Below are positions 51,299 to 62,418 of a stretch of DNA of 64,000 nt, one piece after another. The translations under genes and the position numbers were made by a program. Positions within the stretch are counted from its first letter, which is position 1, and every line of letters begins with the position of its first letter. Under the pieces are notes generated by a model that searched no databases, was not told where the DNA came from, and saw nothing but the letters and a program-made list of their open reading frames with translations. Where the stretch lies: the NCBI GenBank assembly GCA_965223425.1, contig CBDCWS010000001.1, forward strand, positions 32,001-96,000, read 5' to 3'. The DNA is from Nitrosopumilus sp. (GTDB lineage Archaea; Thermoproteota; Nitrososphaeria; Nitrososphaerales; Nitrosopumilaceae).

Positions 51299-51919
51299 CT
51301 ATATCTCCATTCGGTTTGCGACGTATTTATAGAGGGTTCGAATCTCGTCGCTGGCTTTGCTGTTAGGGTCTAACTCTTGGACTGTTTTACCGTCGATAAA
51401 CACGTGGGAGAATAGGATACGTTGACCGAGCGTACAAGGGGCACAGTCTGTATCATAAATCTCAACAGCACGCCTCGCCTGCAAGAGCATAGAAGTCCTA
51501 GCGGGCACTGCGTTGAATATCACACTCGACGGTACAGACGCAAAGTTAGTGATTTGGACTGTTGATCCGACGGATTGCAAGTCAAGGATGGCAGGCTTGC
51601 AAGGGATGAGTGCGAAGGATGCGGATCTAGCAGCATCAAGTGCAGCGGATTCAGTATGTGGAGCAGTGTCAAGGATCGCTAAAGTCGCACCACTCTGCTC
51701 CGCTGTATGTAATATGTCCGGTAAGCGCGAGGAGTGGGCAGAGATCACGACGGGTGAGTCGGCATCTCGGGTATCACCCCATTTAGCAGCACTCGCCTGT
51801 GGATCAAGATCAATAATAGTAGTAGTATGACCGGCTTGCTCCGCAGCAACAGCGAGGTGAACAGCAAGTGTGGTCTTCCCAGTTCCACCTTTTCGACTCA
51901 AGATGGCTAAAGTCTTCAT
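51299..51919 (-). CDS. parA: Short ParA (type Ib, ParF-like) ATPase
   Basis: RKGGTGKTT, IDLDPQAS, LDTAP; GGAGG RBS. Confidence 0.92.
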   Translation of the reverse strand: MKTLAILSRKGGTGKTTLAVHLAVAAEQAGHTTTIIDLDPQASAAKWGDTRDADSPVVISAHSSRLPDILHTAEQSGATLAILDTAPHTESAALDAARSASFALIPCKPAILDLQSVGSTVQITNFASVPSSVIFNAVPARTSMLLQARRAVEIYDTDCAPCTLGQRILFSHVFIDGKTVQELDPNSKASDEIRTLYKYVANRMEI

Positions 51920-51935
51920 ATTTACCTCCAAGTCT

Positions 51936-52073
51936 ATACTCGTATGAAATCATACCCGTATAAGTTCATACATGTATAAGTTTATATGTGTATGAAATCA
52001 TACCCGTATAAAACCATAAGAGTATATATCCATACGTGTATAATTTTATACACGTATGGATATATACGCAGTT
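51936..52073. repeat. Centromere-like (parS) array
   Basis: ATAC-NN-GTAT palindrome (a few imperfect) with exact 16-bp period, 8 copies plus a degenerate ninth, immediately upstream of parA. Confidence 0.8.
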
Positions 52074-52402
52074 ATAGAGATAAACGTTTCATAGAGTGCC
52101 ACAAAGCATTCCCTATTTTTTACCTAACAACATACAACTCGGTTCCAGCCGATAGCCAACTACTAAAACAGGACTCCGTTCTGACATATCTCCAAACACC
52201 GACATCGAAAACCCTTGTAGTTGATAGTAGATTTGATTGAAGGCAGCGGGATTGACAATCATCACGATAACCTTCTGATCCCGGACGGCTATTGTTCAAA
52301 TCTGAGATGCTTATGCTCTCTGCTCCGAAAAACCTTGAACTTCAGTGGTATATAGTGTATAATGTGCTAAAATCCAATGTCCCTACTACACGGAGATTTC
52401 AG

Positions 52403-52732
52403 ATGAAAAGACCCAAACTTGTTGTTGGACACCTAATGAACGACCAATTACTCGTCAAATCTGTCACTACACCGAAACACTCTGATTGGCTCAAGTGGTT
52501 AGAAATTGAAGAACTTGTTGAGTTTTTCGGGGAACTCCTCAAACTCATGACACAAATTTCGGAAGGAAAAAAGGATGCGACGATGCTTTCGGCCTTCCTT
52601 GCCGATTGGCGTGAAACCGCCATGATTAATTCAGAGCCCGAAGTCTTAGCGGATATTGTTGAGGCAGAACAGGAATTGGACGCTGGCGGTGGAAAACCGT
52701 GGCCACAGATCAAGAAGGAGATCGGTCTGTGA
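52403..52732 (+). CDS. Probable antitoxin
   Basis: C-terminal EAEQELDAGGGKPWPQIKKEIGL; stop overlaps the toxin start (GTGA). Confidence 0.65.
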   Translation: MKRPKLVVGHLMNDQLLVKSVTTPKHSDWLKWLEIEELVEFFGELLKLMTQISEGKKDATMLSAFLADWRETAMINSEPEVLADIVEAEQELDAGGGKPWPQIKKEIGL

Positions 52733-53010
52733 ATCAGCGGCGATACACGCTTGAGCCACTTCCGAGGAAAGTCGAAAATTTTATCAAACGGCGAGATCAG
52801 ACAACACAAGAACGCATTAATGCCGCTTTTGAATACATCACCTACTCTCCCTTTCATCACGAAAATCCTACAACAATCAGACAACTCCGGGCAAGGAAAA
52901 GAGACCGCTATCGTTATCGGATAGGGAATATACGTTTCATTTACCGAGTTGATAGAGACAATCAACGAATCCGCATTGTTCAAATTGATAATCGTGGTGA
53001 TATTTATTAA
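52729..53010 (+). CDS. RelE/ParE-family toxin
   Basis: YRYRIGNIRFIYRVD......IVQIDNRGDIY. Confidence 0.88.
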   Translation: MNQRRYTLEPLPRKVENFIKRRDQTTQERINAAFEYITYSPFHHENPTTIRQLRARKRDRYRYRIGNIRFIYRVDRDNQRIRIVQIDNRGDIY

Positions 53011-53326
53011 CCATGGTCTACACAGATTTGGTAGTTCCTCTTTGAACCCACATGAACTAACAGGAAAATGCCAATACTAACGTTCACAAAACACGCCAAT
53101 ACCTCAATGACTCGGACTTTGAAAAGATGAACAAGTTGCGAAAGAGAAAGTTGGATCGGATGCTCAGAAAGAGGAAGCGAAGATGCGTATTGACGCTGAG
53201 ATCGAAGCTGTGAAGGCGCAAGTTGAGAGTGAGAGGATAGCGTGCGTTAGATTCAGGAGTTTGATGGAGTCCAGTCATCTGGAGACTCGTATATAGAGTG
53301 AGGCAGTCTAAATAGGAAGGGGTATT

Positions 53327-53602
53327 ATGAAGTCTATACCAGAACGCCAATTCTTCAAAGAGCAGCTCGTTGAAGTACTTGACGAAACAGTTGAACCAAT
53401 AAGTGACGGTGTTGTTGAGGGTGAAATCGAGTGGGGCCGAACAGGGAACTTTGGTAGTTTTACAGTGTTAATTGACGCCGAGGGTAAAATTGACATAGCT
53501 GTATCTGATTACCGAGAATCAGACTCTGTTTTGAGAGAGGATATTACCGTCGAGCAAGCCCTGCGGGAAGCGAGAGATTTCAAGTCTAATCGCAGCGTAT
53601 AA
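53327..53602 (+). CDS. Hypothetical acidic protein
   Basis: RBS and 91-aa ORF. Confidence 0.45.
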   Translation: MKSIPERQFFKEQLVEVLDETVEPISDGVVEGEIEWGRTGNFGSFTVLIDAEGKIDIAVSDYRESDSVLREDITVEQALREARDFKSNRSV

Positions 53603-53858
53603 TTTCGGATATGAATCCAAAAAACGAGAAAACCTAAGAACTCAGTGAATATAGGTGTTCATTTCTCGAAGGGAACATTTTACAGCATATGTTAAGTTCG
53701 GTGAATGCGTGGGATCCAGCCAAACTTCCAGTCGAATCGTCTCTCTGGCAGTCGATTTCTTTCCGACCGGTAAAGCCTTGCAGTTATGCACACAATTGGA
53801 TGTTAGCACTGCCCAATTGAAGTCACACTGAGCTGCTAACTCACCGTAGGTAATCGTT

Positions 53859-56800
53859 TTAATCAATTAAAGCATTCAGAGCATCAAAAGCTTTTTGAAA
53901 TCGTTCAAAATCCGAATCAGACAATTGATTCTCAAGGTTACCGACATTTTTGCTAAAATATAGAGCGGGCGGCAGATGTGTGAATTTTCTATTGTTTGGC
54001 ATAGGATTGTTCTCAAAGTGTTCTTTGAGACGTTGTGAAATACAGGGATGCCCCACTTTAATATCTGTTATTCTTAAAGATGTCCCAAATTCGTCATTTA
54101 ACAAACTTAAATAGAAGTCCGGTTCAAACATATCTTCAATATCTGCCTCTTTGTTATTTGCAAAATTAGCGAAAGTTAGAACTTGACTTTTGTCCAGTGG
54201 CGATTCACCATTGTAAAAATTCTTAATTTTTTGCTTATCTCTTGTACTGCCATCGGAAATTCGGGCCACTCTCTAAGACAAGATTGTGGTATAATATCCA
54301 TCTACTTGAAAGGAGTATCCGATGGCGAAACGCAAACGAAGAAACTTCACTCCTGAGTTTAAAGCATCAGTTGTTCTTGAGGCTCTCAGTGGTGAAAGTT
54401 CCCAAGCAGAATTGTGTCGTCGACACAACCTCAGCGATGAACAACTCTCGAAGTGGAAGCGACAGCTCCTTGAAAATGCGGCGAGTCTCTTTGAACCCGC
54501 TGATAAGCAGTCTGATGCCTCTGCCGAGCGCATTGCGCACCTTGAGCAACTCGTTGGTAGGTTAACCGTGGCCCTGGACATCGAAAAAAAAGCCTCGACT
54601 TGGTTGAGCTAAGCTCAAGGGAGCAACGAGAAATGGTTGAGGCGTTACAGGCAGATTATTCCGTGCGACAGATCTCTGAGACACTGGGGTTCACCCGAAG
54701 CAATCTCTATTATCACCCGAAAAGCGACCCGTGTGAAGAAGTCCTCCGGGAGGAAATAGAGCAGTTAGCACTACGCTACCCGAAGTATGGTTATAGGCGT
54801 ATCACAGCGTTGCTACTGCGTCTGGGATACCCCGTTGGGTATAGACGCGTCGCCCGATTGATGAAATCTGCGAACTTGTCGGTTGCTGTCAAACGGGTTT
54901 GCTGCCAAACCACGAACTCCATTGATGATGTGCGTCCGTGGGTGAATCGTCTTCAGACCCTTGAAGTCTCCCGATGTGATCACGTCTGGGTGGGCGATAT
55001 TACCTACGTCCGTCTCAAAGGACACTTCATCTATGTTTCTCTGCTCATGGATGTCTTCACTCGTATAATCAGAGGGTGGCAGATCAGCCAGCACTTGACG
55101 CAATCTCTGACGTTGAAACCCTTAGAGGCGGCATTACGTCAAAGTGTCCCAGAGATCCATCATTCGGATCAAGGCGTTCAATATCTTTCAAATGCCTACA
55201 TCTCATTGCTCAGGCATCATGACATTGAGATTTCCGTAGCCCGCCGCGGGTGTCCTTGGGAGAACGGATATGCTGAAAGACTTATCCGCACCCTCAAGGA
55301 GGAAGAAGTTCACCTCAATGACTATGAGGACATCCACGAAGCGAGAGCCCGCATCGGGCATTTTATCACACAGGTGTATCATCAGAAACGCCCTCACTCG
55401 GCGTTAGGGTATTTGACACCTGTCGAATTTGAGCGAAAAAACTTGTCTTAACTTTGCTTATTTTTTGGTCTGAATTACCGTTGGCACTTCACTCTGTTTC
55501 TATAGTCAACTAGAACAGCAACATTTAAATCTGAATTAGCACTAATCAATGAAACAAAGGTTGGTACTTTATCAATACCACCTACTGGGATAATAGACCA
55601 TCTGGGATTAAGCCCTTTTTCCCCACGCTTAATCAGAAGATCAGACATAATCTGTATGTAAATTTGGTCTGATGATCCTTCTACTAACAGATTATTCGGG
55701 TTAATAAAAAGAGATTGTGAAACATCATAACCTAATGCTGCTTGAATTGGGAATAAACTGCCTTCACCAACTTCAAATACTTGATTATCGACCTTAGTTC
55801 CTGATTCTTCATAATTTAAACTGCCACTTCCTATATTCAGGCTTAAATTTTCAACGATTCTTACCTCCTGAAAATTATTTTTACGATTCATCATGAATGG
55901 TGAATGGGTTGTGTAAATAATCTGAAAATTTTGTGAAGCAATTTTCCTAAAATAATTAACTAAATCCTCTTGTGCTTTCGCATGCAAAGATAATCCTGGT
56001 TCATCTAATAGTAATACAATACCTTTATTACCACGTATATTTTCCCTAAACTGCAACAAGAAAGAGAAAAACCAAATAAATCCAGCAGACTCTGTGCTAA
56101 AATGTTTCTCAGTACCTGATTTCTTATCTTGCAATAGTATCCAAAGATTCAAGCCACTATCCATACCTCCAGGATCACCTGAATCACCCTCTTGGATGTA
56201 GAATCTCATATTGTAATTACTGTGTTGGGTCCAAAAATTGAGTATACTGTCTGCAATAATTTCTAGATTAGATTGAGTTTGATCAAATTTATATCTACGA
56301 TTCATTGAACCTCTTGTATTTATCAATACATCAGGTGATGCGCCAGCCGATCGGAGAGCATCTAAAATCAGTTTATCTGATTCATTTGGGTTCCGTTGCC
56401 GGGTTGAAAGAGTATTCAGATTTATACTACCTGTCATTTGAGGATAATTATTCAGATAAATAAAAGTTGGCAACTGATTTTTCAAAACATTATTAAAAAT
56501 GACGGTTGGCAAAGTATTTGTAGTAATACTTAAAAGTATCTCTCTATATTTTTGAGGGAGTTTAGGAGGTTCTTCCCCGAAAATAGAATTCACTAGATGA
56601 TTTGCCATTTCTACATTATCTTGTATATCAGAAGGAACATCTACTTTTGACCCCTTGATAACATTTTCCAAAATAGTACTAATATCAATGTCTAAATCAC
56701 TTACCTCTAGAAGATTACCGTTATACCCAATTTTTACCGCCATTGTTTGTTTATTACCCTGTAAACATTCACATGTTGTGAATTTATGCACGAGTTCAAT

Positions 56801-57055
56801 ATCTTCTGAATCAAGGGTATAAAAGGCATGTACAACTTGGTTTTCAATTTCAGGTCGATGTACATAATCCAGTGGGCGTACATCATCTACACCAGAATAC
56901 ACTCCATCTATTGGATTTAAGTTATAAAGTGCTTTTAGTATAGCAGTCTTACCAGATTGATTTTTACCCACTAAACAGGTAACATCATCTATATCAAACT
57001 CGCCAGAATCATGAATGCACAGAAAATTTGTAATACGCACTTTAATAAGTTTCAT
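53859..57055 (-). pseudogene. OLD-family ABC-ATPase/TOPRIM nuclease split by IS3
   Basis: GKNQSGKT, ESAG, LLDEP, TTHSP, LLVEGSSD, VLVD, DIEDMF; removal of the IS restores VDYRNRDKQKIK. Confidence 0.85.
54243..55491 (+). mobile_element. IS3-family element (orfA 54322-54612, orfB to 55451)
   Basis: TG...CA terminal repeats; 4-bp target duplication CTCT; WVGDITY, HHSDQG.QY, ENGYAER. Confidence 0.95.
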
Positions 57056-57387
57056 AACCTGTTCCTATTGTTTTGTTGTTTTCGACCATTACTAACGGGT
57101 TTCTGAACGTAACATATCGCCGTAAACGTTACTTTCACCCTTCAACTGAGGCATGGCGGGAGGTGTCTTCAGACACCTCACTCTCTACGAGATACCAGAC
57201 ACTCTTAGAACCAAAACGACCACCGCCATATTTTTTTCTTTCACTCGGTGTCATCCCGGATATATCCTTAATAAGCAAGATGAGACAGAAGCCCGTGAGA
57301 ATAACCAAACCGATAGATTTCAAAACTTCCACTTCGCATCTCCTTTTTAAAAATACCATGGAAATGCCAAAAACTTGACATTTCCAT

Positions 57388-57813
57388 TCATGGATGTAAA
57401 TGTTCAATGTATTGCTTTTTGCCAGTTTTTGGATGTATGGCGTAGGTATGTTTATGTACCCAGTCACCCGTGGCATTTCGTCTCCATCCATAAGAAGTTT
57501 TACCGCCTATGGGGGGACGCCGCATATAGGGGTGGGTATGATCTCCCCAGTAATTATTCACAGGTAGGTGAGAGTGGGTTACCGTTTCTTCTCCTTTCAC
57601 GCTACGGTGAGTGTGGGTTTTTCCAATATCTCGTTGCACATCATAATCGTAAGAGAATCCCACATGTGTATGCGATGACGGATTCCAGTATTGGTAGTCG
57701 GGTTCGGGTTTTGGTGTTGGTTTATGTTTTCTCTTGCAGAGATACCAACTCACCAAAGAACTACATGCAATGATCAGCACACCCCCAATTATGAAAACGA
57801 CGACTTTAGACAT
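57388..57813 (-). CDS. Membrane-anchored His-rich protein
   Basis: N-terminal TM, PKPEP linker, six HxH motifs. Confidence 0.65.
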   Translation of the reverse strand: MSKVVVFIIGGVLIIACSSLVSWYLCKRKHKPTPKPEPDYQYWNPSSHTHVGFSYDYDVQRDIGKTHTHRSVKGEETVTHSHLPVNNYWGDHTHPYMRRPPIGGKTSYGWRRNATGDWVHKHTYAIHPKTGKKQYIEHLHP

Positions 57814-58107
57814 TTTAGAAATACCTCTCTCACTTGAAAAACGCCCGTAAATGCCCTGTAAGCCCCTTGAAGCGTTTCTCTGCTATCCTACCTTCCCTGA
57901 TACCCAAACTCACGAAATTTGCGGGAAAACTTTTGAAACTCCCCGATGCTATGCAGATTCATCAAACAGTAAACGGCAGTTAGGACCCCCGATTTGAAAT
58001 TGGGGGGTGTCGGGAGAATTTCCCCAGACTTCGGAGACCCTTCGACAGGCATCAATGCGCCGAGTGGGAAGCGGATCGCGGCAGTGCTGTATCCATTTGG
58101 GTGTGGA

Positions 58108-58731
58108 TCAAGAACTTTGCGAAGTTTCGCCTTCGTCTTTTATTGCATCGGGGGTCTGCTTTTTCGGTTTGTATTTCTCGCACTGTGCCAAACTTTTACC
58201 GGTGATAAAGGCAATATCCAAAGTGGAGTTGCCTTCATTATACAAGCGTTGAATTTCAGCGATGCCCTCGTCGCTGAGTTGAAATCGCTGCGCGCCGATC
58301 CCCATTTTTTTCTGCCGTTTTTTGATGACCTCACTCGGCAAGATGTTGGCAACTCTGGCAACGATGAGCGAGAAATAACGATGTAGCGAGGCAAGCGAAA
58401 CGCCCGTCTCCACGTGAACATCTTCAAGACATGCGGTGAACCAGCGCGATGGATTCTTTTTGACCCATTGCCTGATCTTCTTCTGTTGCGTCTGTTGCGA
58501 CGTGAGTCCCCTTTTTTCCTGCCGTTTTTTCTCAACCTCGCTCGGCAAGATGTTGGCAACTCTGGCAACGATGAGTCGGTAATAGCGATACACCGAGACA
58601 AGCGAAACGTCCGTCTCCACGTGAATATCTTTGTAAGTTGCGGTAAACCAGCGCGATGGGTTGTTTTCAACCCACGTCTTGATTTTGTTCTGTATTTCAG
58701 GGTCTTTCCACGGTTTTGGCATCAATTCCAT
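58108..58731 (-). CDS. DNA-binding protein with a tandemly duplicated 69-aa HTH-like domain plus a C-terminal HTH
   Basis: 207-bp internal duplication; IHVETDVSLVSVYRYY / VHVETGVSLASLHRYF. Confidence 0.65.
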   Translation of the reverse strand: MELMPKPWKDPEIQNKIKTWVENNPSRWFTATYKDIHVETDVSLVSVYRYYRLIVARVANILPSEVEKKRQEKRGLTSQQTQQKKIRQWVKKNPSRWFTACLEDVHVETGVSLASLHRYFSLIVARVANILPSEVIKKRQKKMGIGAQRFQLSDEGIAEIQRLYNEGNSTLDIAFITGKSLAQCEKYKPKKQTPDAIKDEGETSQSS

Positions 58732-58773
58732 CTCCTCTCTTTTGTAAGCGTTGAAACGGTTGAGGCACTGTCA

Positions 58774-59118
58774 TCAGATATATTCGGCAACAATTGCGTT
58801 GGCACACTCTAAGAGAATGGAGAGCTGTTCTCGCTCGGTGAGTCCATCGTATTGGTTGATGAATGTCTCAAAGATCGCACACGAGAGATTATCCAGGACT
58901 TGTTGATGTTCAACTTGTCCAACAGTGTCCAAGAGCGCATCGAGTAAGCCCTTCAAAGTCGGTAGGTTCAGGTCATCGAGGGATGTGTCCTGTGGATCGT
59001 CATCTATAGCGTCATCGGTTGAAAGCAGGTGCTGGATCAAATCACTCTCAGGGATTGTGAGTCGCTCATAGATGCTTTCTAAGGCTTTCGTCTCATCAAC
59101 GATCTCTCTGTAACTCAA
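58774..59118 (-). CDS. Hypothetical acidic protein
   Basis: 114-aa ORF within a co-oriented gene run. Confidence 0.5.
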   Translation of the reverse strand: MSYREIVDETKALESIYERLTIPESDLIQHLLSTDDAIDDDPQDTSLDDLNLPTLKGLLDALLDTVGQVEHQQVLDNLSCAIFETFINQYDGLTEREQLSILLECANAIVAEYI

Positions 59119-60350
59119 CCCGTGAAAGGTTTGCGCGAAAATATTATCGCGCAGCTCGAACAGCCGAAGCAGTTTTTTTGAAATGCATCCAAGCCAAGCA
59201 CATCCGAGAGGTTTCGGTTTTCCAAGTAGAACTTAGAGATGTCCTTATGAAGTTGCCCATGCTTCTCCTGGACGCGTTTCTGCGCCCTTGAACACACGTC
59301 ATCGGCAATGGCTTTGATCTCGAGATCCGTGAGGTTGTATTGCGATCTCAGCGCACGATACTCCATATTACCCTTGTTCAACTCGCCGTGCAAGTTAAAA
59401 AGTCTTTTCAGCTCCTGACGGCATCCGTCTGGATCGGGTTCGACTTCATTGACAGGTTGCTCTGTGTCGGGTGCTGCCTCGGATGGCTCGGAAACCTTCA
59501 GCACTTGACGGACACGTAAGACAAACGAGAAGGTGTCATTTTCCATCAATCTCAGCAATTGCTTGAGTTCCTTTGCCATTGCTCCGCCTTGCTCGTCAGA
59601 GAACATGCTTTGCCGCAACGCTGCAATGAGCATTGACGGACTCGCCTTGTCGATGTGATCGCTTTCATACTGACACCTTGCCTTGTCCCGTTTCTTCCAT
59701 TGTGGGATTTCCGTCGAGACTTTTTCCCAAAGCCTTTTCAGGTCATCAGAGGCGTGAGGTATCCCGCTAACCTGAAGGTTAGCGAGATCAACTTTTCGCC
59801 GCGGCTCCGCGGCGGGTTTCTTCAAGACTTCGGATGCCGTCTTTTCACCGCTGATCACGGCTTCAGACGCACCGGCTTTCTCGACTTGAACCGCCGTAGA
59901 AATCGTTCGCTTAGAAACACCCGCTTCCTCAGCGAGTTCCGCCTGTGTTTTCAAGTCGCAATCTTGCAACTTGCTCTGCGTCCTATCACCACCATGCTCA
60001 AATCGCGCATTGAAAGATACAACGATCTGCGCACGCTGTGCCGCCGACAAATGCCGACGCTCGATATTCCGAGCCAGCACAAACGCTGCGGGATCGCCTT
60101 CTTCTTTCTCGTTCCATTGCCGAAACCGCAGTTTTCGGAGCAAGTTCAGCTGCTTCGCGGCACGATAGCGATACCAGCCATCTAAGACCTCATCGCCAAC
60201 GAGACGGATCACATCGTCAATGAAACCGTCTTTCTCAACGCTCACAAGCAGCGACGCGTAGTCGGGATCGGGCATATCCCCAAAGATTGCCGACAACTCA
60301 TGACGTTGGAGTGTGTCGGAATCGGTGAACTTGCGATCCATTGAGATCAT
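59115..60350 (-). CDS. ParB/Srx-like domain protein
   Basis: RHELSAIFGDM...VLDGWYRY...NIERRHLS; HTH TQAELAEEAGVSKRTI. Confidence 0.75.
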   Translation of the reverse strand: MISMDRKFTDSDTLQRHELSAIFGDMPDPDYASLLVSVEKDGFIDDVIRLVGDEVLDGWYRYRAAKQLNLLRKLRFRQWNEKEEGDPAAFVLARNIERRHLSAAQRAQIVVSFNARFEHGGDRTQSKLQDCDLKTQAELAEEAGVSKRTISTAVQVEKAGASEAVISGEKTASEVLKKPAAEPRRKVDLANLQVSGIPHASDDLKRLWEKVSTEIPQWKKRDKARCQYESDHIDKASPSMLIAALRQSMFSDEQGGAMAKELKQLLRLMENDTFSFVLRVRQVLKVSEPSEAAPDTEQPVNEVEPDPDGCRQELKRLFNLHGELNKGNMEYRALRSQYNLTDLEIKAIADDVCSRAQKRVQEKHGQLHKDISKFYLENRNLSDVLGLDAFQKNCFGCSSCAIIFSRKPFTG

Positions 60351-60367
60351 CGGTGGGACACAACACG

Positions 60368-60760
60368 TCAGGGGACGGTATCGGTGAGATCGCCTCCAAT
60401 CGAGTCTTTATGGTATTCGTGGTAGTCCTGAATCTCGTAAGTCGCGTATCCATCTATGGTGACGCTATCGGCATTATGTGTCCTTTCATGGATAGGGATT
60501 TTAGATGCCATGATGCCCTCAAAGCGTGGCACTTCGCCCGCGTGGTATTTGCTGAACTTCTCAGCGAATTCACGCCGTGCTGCGACGCTTGGAAAGCGAA
60601 GATTAATATAATGGTAATCGGAATGATATATCCGACCATAGCGATTTTTGGACATGAGATTTCTCCTTTCTCCCTGCCTAACGGTGTTGCGGGTAGAAGG
60701 GTCTTTGGAAAGTCCACACGGACTTTCTCCTTCCTTGCAACTTTGAGGTTGCGAGGACAC
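60368..60760 (-). CDS. Hypothetical protein (likely start MSKNRY)
   Basis: AAAGGAG RBS before the internal Met. Confidence 0.45.
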   Translation of the reverse strand: MSSQPQSCKEGESPCGLSKDPSTRNTVRQGERRNLMSKNRYGRIYHSDYHYINLRFPSVAARREFAEKFSKYHAGEVPRFEGIMASKIPIHERTHNADSVTIDGYATYEIQDYHEYHKDSIGGDLTDTVP

Positions 60761-60790
60761 CTCTCCATCGACCCATTCGCCATTTGGCGA

Positions 60791-61480
60791 TCATACCTCT
60801 TTTTTAACCGTGTAGCCGAGTGCGATGACCTTCGCGACAAGTGCTTCGGCTTGAAATTGGTCAAGCGGGTCGCGTGGGTTATCTTCGGCATCAAGCGACA
60901 TCGCTTCCACCGCGGCTTGTGCCGAGACATAGTTGACACCGATATAGGCTTGTGTCGTCGAGACGTTCTTGTGTCCGAGCAGCTCCTTGACCATATAGAT
61001 GTCGTTACACTTGTCATAAAGCCGTTGTGCGAAGGTTTTCCGCATCGTGTGTGTCGCGAGTTTACCCGTGAGACCTGCGGCGCGAAACGCTGCGTCGAGT
61101 ATTTTATGGATGGCGTGGCGTTTCACCGCTTTATCTGTGCCTTTGCGAGACGGAAATAACGGCATATCGGGATGCAGGCTGCCAAAGTATGTGCATTGCC
61201 AAGCAATAATCTCCGCAATCGCCTTGCGGCCATCAGTGTTGACAGGGATCGTCCGACTGGTTTCACCGCCTTTGACGATCGACTTATCAAACTGAAAATC
61301 GCTCACGGGTTGACCGTTCTGGTAAACATCACTGACTTTGAGGGCAAGCAGTTCTGAAACCCGCCCGCCAATCGACACACCGAGCATAAACAGACCACGA
61401 TTCCGCTTCGCGTATGTACCCTGAAACGCATCACGGACTTTGCGGATCTCATCATTTGTTAGGGGTCTTGTTCCCTTCAT
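60791..61480 (-). CDS. Tyrosine recombinase/integrase (catalytic domain only)
   Basis: GGRVSELL, ATHTMRK, LLGH, TQAY; GGAGG RBS. Confidence 0.9.
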   Translation of the reverse strand: MKGTRPLTNDEIRKVRDAFQGTYAKRNRGLFMLGVSIGGRVSELLALKVSDVYQNGQPVSDFQFDKSIVKGGETSRTIPVNTDGRKAIAEIIAWQCTYFGSLHPDMPLFPSRKGTDKAVKRHAIHKILDAAFRAAGLTGKLATHTMRKTFAQRLYDKCNDIYMVKELLGHKNVSTTQAYIGVNYVSAQAAVEAMSLDAEDNPRDPLDQFQAEALVAKVIALGYTVKKEV

Positions 61481-61724
61481 TTGTCTTACCTCCGATCCCC
61501 GACTGAAATTGCAATAAACCTAATTGTTGCGTGCCAGCGGGGGTTTGAAAGAGTTCGGGTTGTATCGCAACGCCCTCAGAGGCTGCAAACATGTCCGCAA
61601 GATTCTCAAATTCTTGGTATCCAGCGGGGAGTTGGGGCGAAAACAAGCGATAAATACCGTTGTCAATCTCGCCATCTGCGAGGGTGTTCCCCACAGTGTC
61701 CATCAGTTGAAATGGGGTTACCAT
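61452..61724 (-). CDS. Hypothetical protein
   Basis: AGGAG RBS, co-oriented in the gene run. Confidence 0.5.
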   Translation of the reverse strand: MVTPFQLMDTVGNTLADGEIDNGIYRLFSPQLPAGYQEFENLADMFAASEGVAIQPELFQTPAGTQQLGLLQFQSGIGGKTNEGNKTPNK

Positions 61725-61800
61725 AAACCATTCTCCTATTTGTCAAGCGTTAAGGCGTTGACGCCAACGCATATCCAGCGGGATCGGTAAAATGTTGCCA

Positions 61801-62076
61801 TTAGTAGGGTATCTCGTGTTGGAACTCACCCGTAAGCGCGTCAAAGTATCCACTGGCTTTCGGGAGTTTTTTGGTAATTTGCGCGATAGCGTTGCCATCG
61901 CGCATGAGAAAAACTTTCGTGTGTTCAGGTATAAACCGGACATCTGCCACCCGCACATTGCCAACAAAAACCGCAGGTCGCTCACAGGGGAATGCCCCTA
62001 CATGTTCGCACTTGATTTCTGCGCCGGTGTAACGTTGTAGGTAGCGTTGGGCTACCTGTAATCTAATCGTCTTCAT
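61801..62076 (-). CDS. Hypothetical protein
   Basis: AAGGAG RBS. Confidence 0.55.
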   Translation of the reverse strand: MKTIRLQVAQRYLQRYTGAEIKCEHVGAFPCERPAVFVGNVRVADVRFIPEHTKVFLMRDGNAIAQITKKLPKASGYFDALTGEFQHEIPY

Positions 62077-62085
62077 GTAACTCCT

Positions 62086-62418
62086 TTATATTTCGCGTCT
62101 GATGCCAACGACCTTGCCCGCATGGATATGGACATAATCGCCTTTTTGGATACCTTTCGCGTCTATATCCGTCGCGGCACGGTAAAGATGCGGGATCGGC
62201 TTGATCACCTGAATCGCATGCGGTCTTGATGGCTGTTCTTTGAGGTAGCCTTTGCGCGCTAACCGCTGGATATGTTTGTGCGCGGCTTTCTCCGTGATGT
62301 CAAGTTCCTTCCCTATTTCCGGTATTGTCGGCGAAAAACGATGCGTCTCGATAAACGCTTGGATACACAGGATTATATCACGCTGGCGCGGTGTGAGTAC
62401 ATTTCTTCGCTTTGCCAT
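62086..62418 (-). CDS. LexA-type N-terminal DNA-binding protein lacking the peptidase domain
   Basis: LTPRQRDIILCI..FI....FSPTIPEIG..L......A.KHI..L.RKGYL. Confidence 0.8.
   Translation of the reverse strand: MAKRRNVLTPRQRDIILCIQAFIETHRFSPTIPEIGKELDITEKAAHKHIQRLARKGYLKEQPSRPHAIQVIKPIPHLYRAATDIDAKGIQKGDYVHIHAGKVVGIRREI

Noticed and set aside
3-57055. Gabija-like system (UvrD plus OLD nuclease)
   Set aside because: The genes are more than 50 kb apart in unrelated modules.
58108-58731. DGR template/variable repeat pair
   Set aside because: No reverse transcriptase in the window, and the differences between copies are not adenine-specific.
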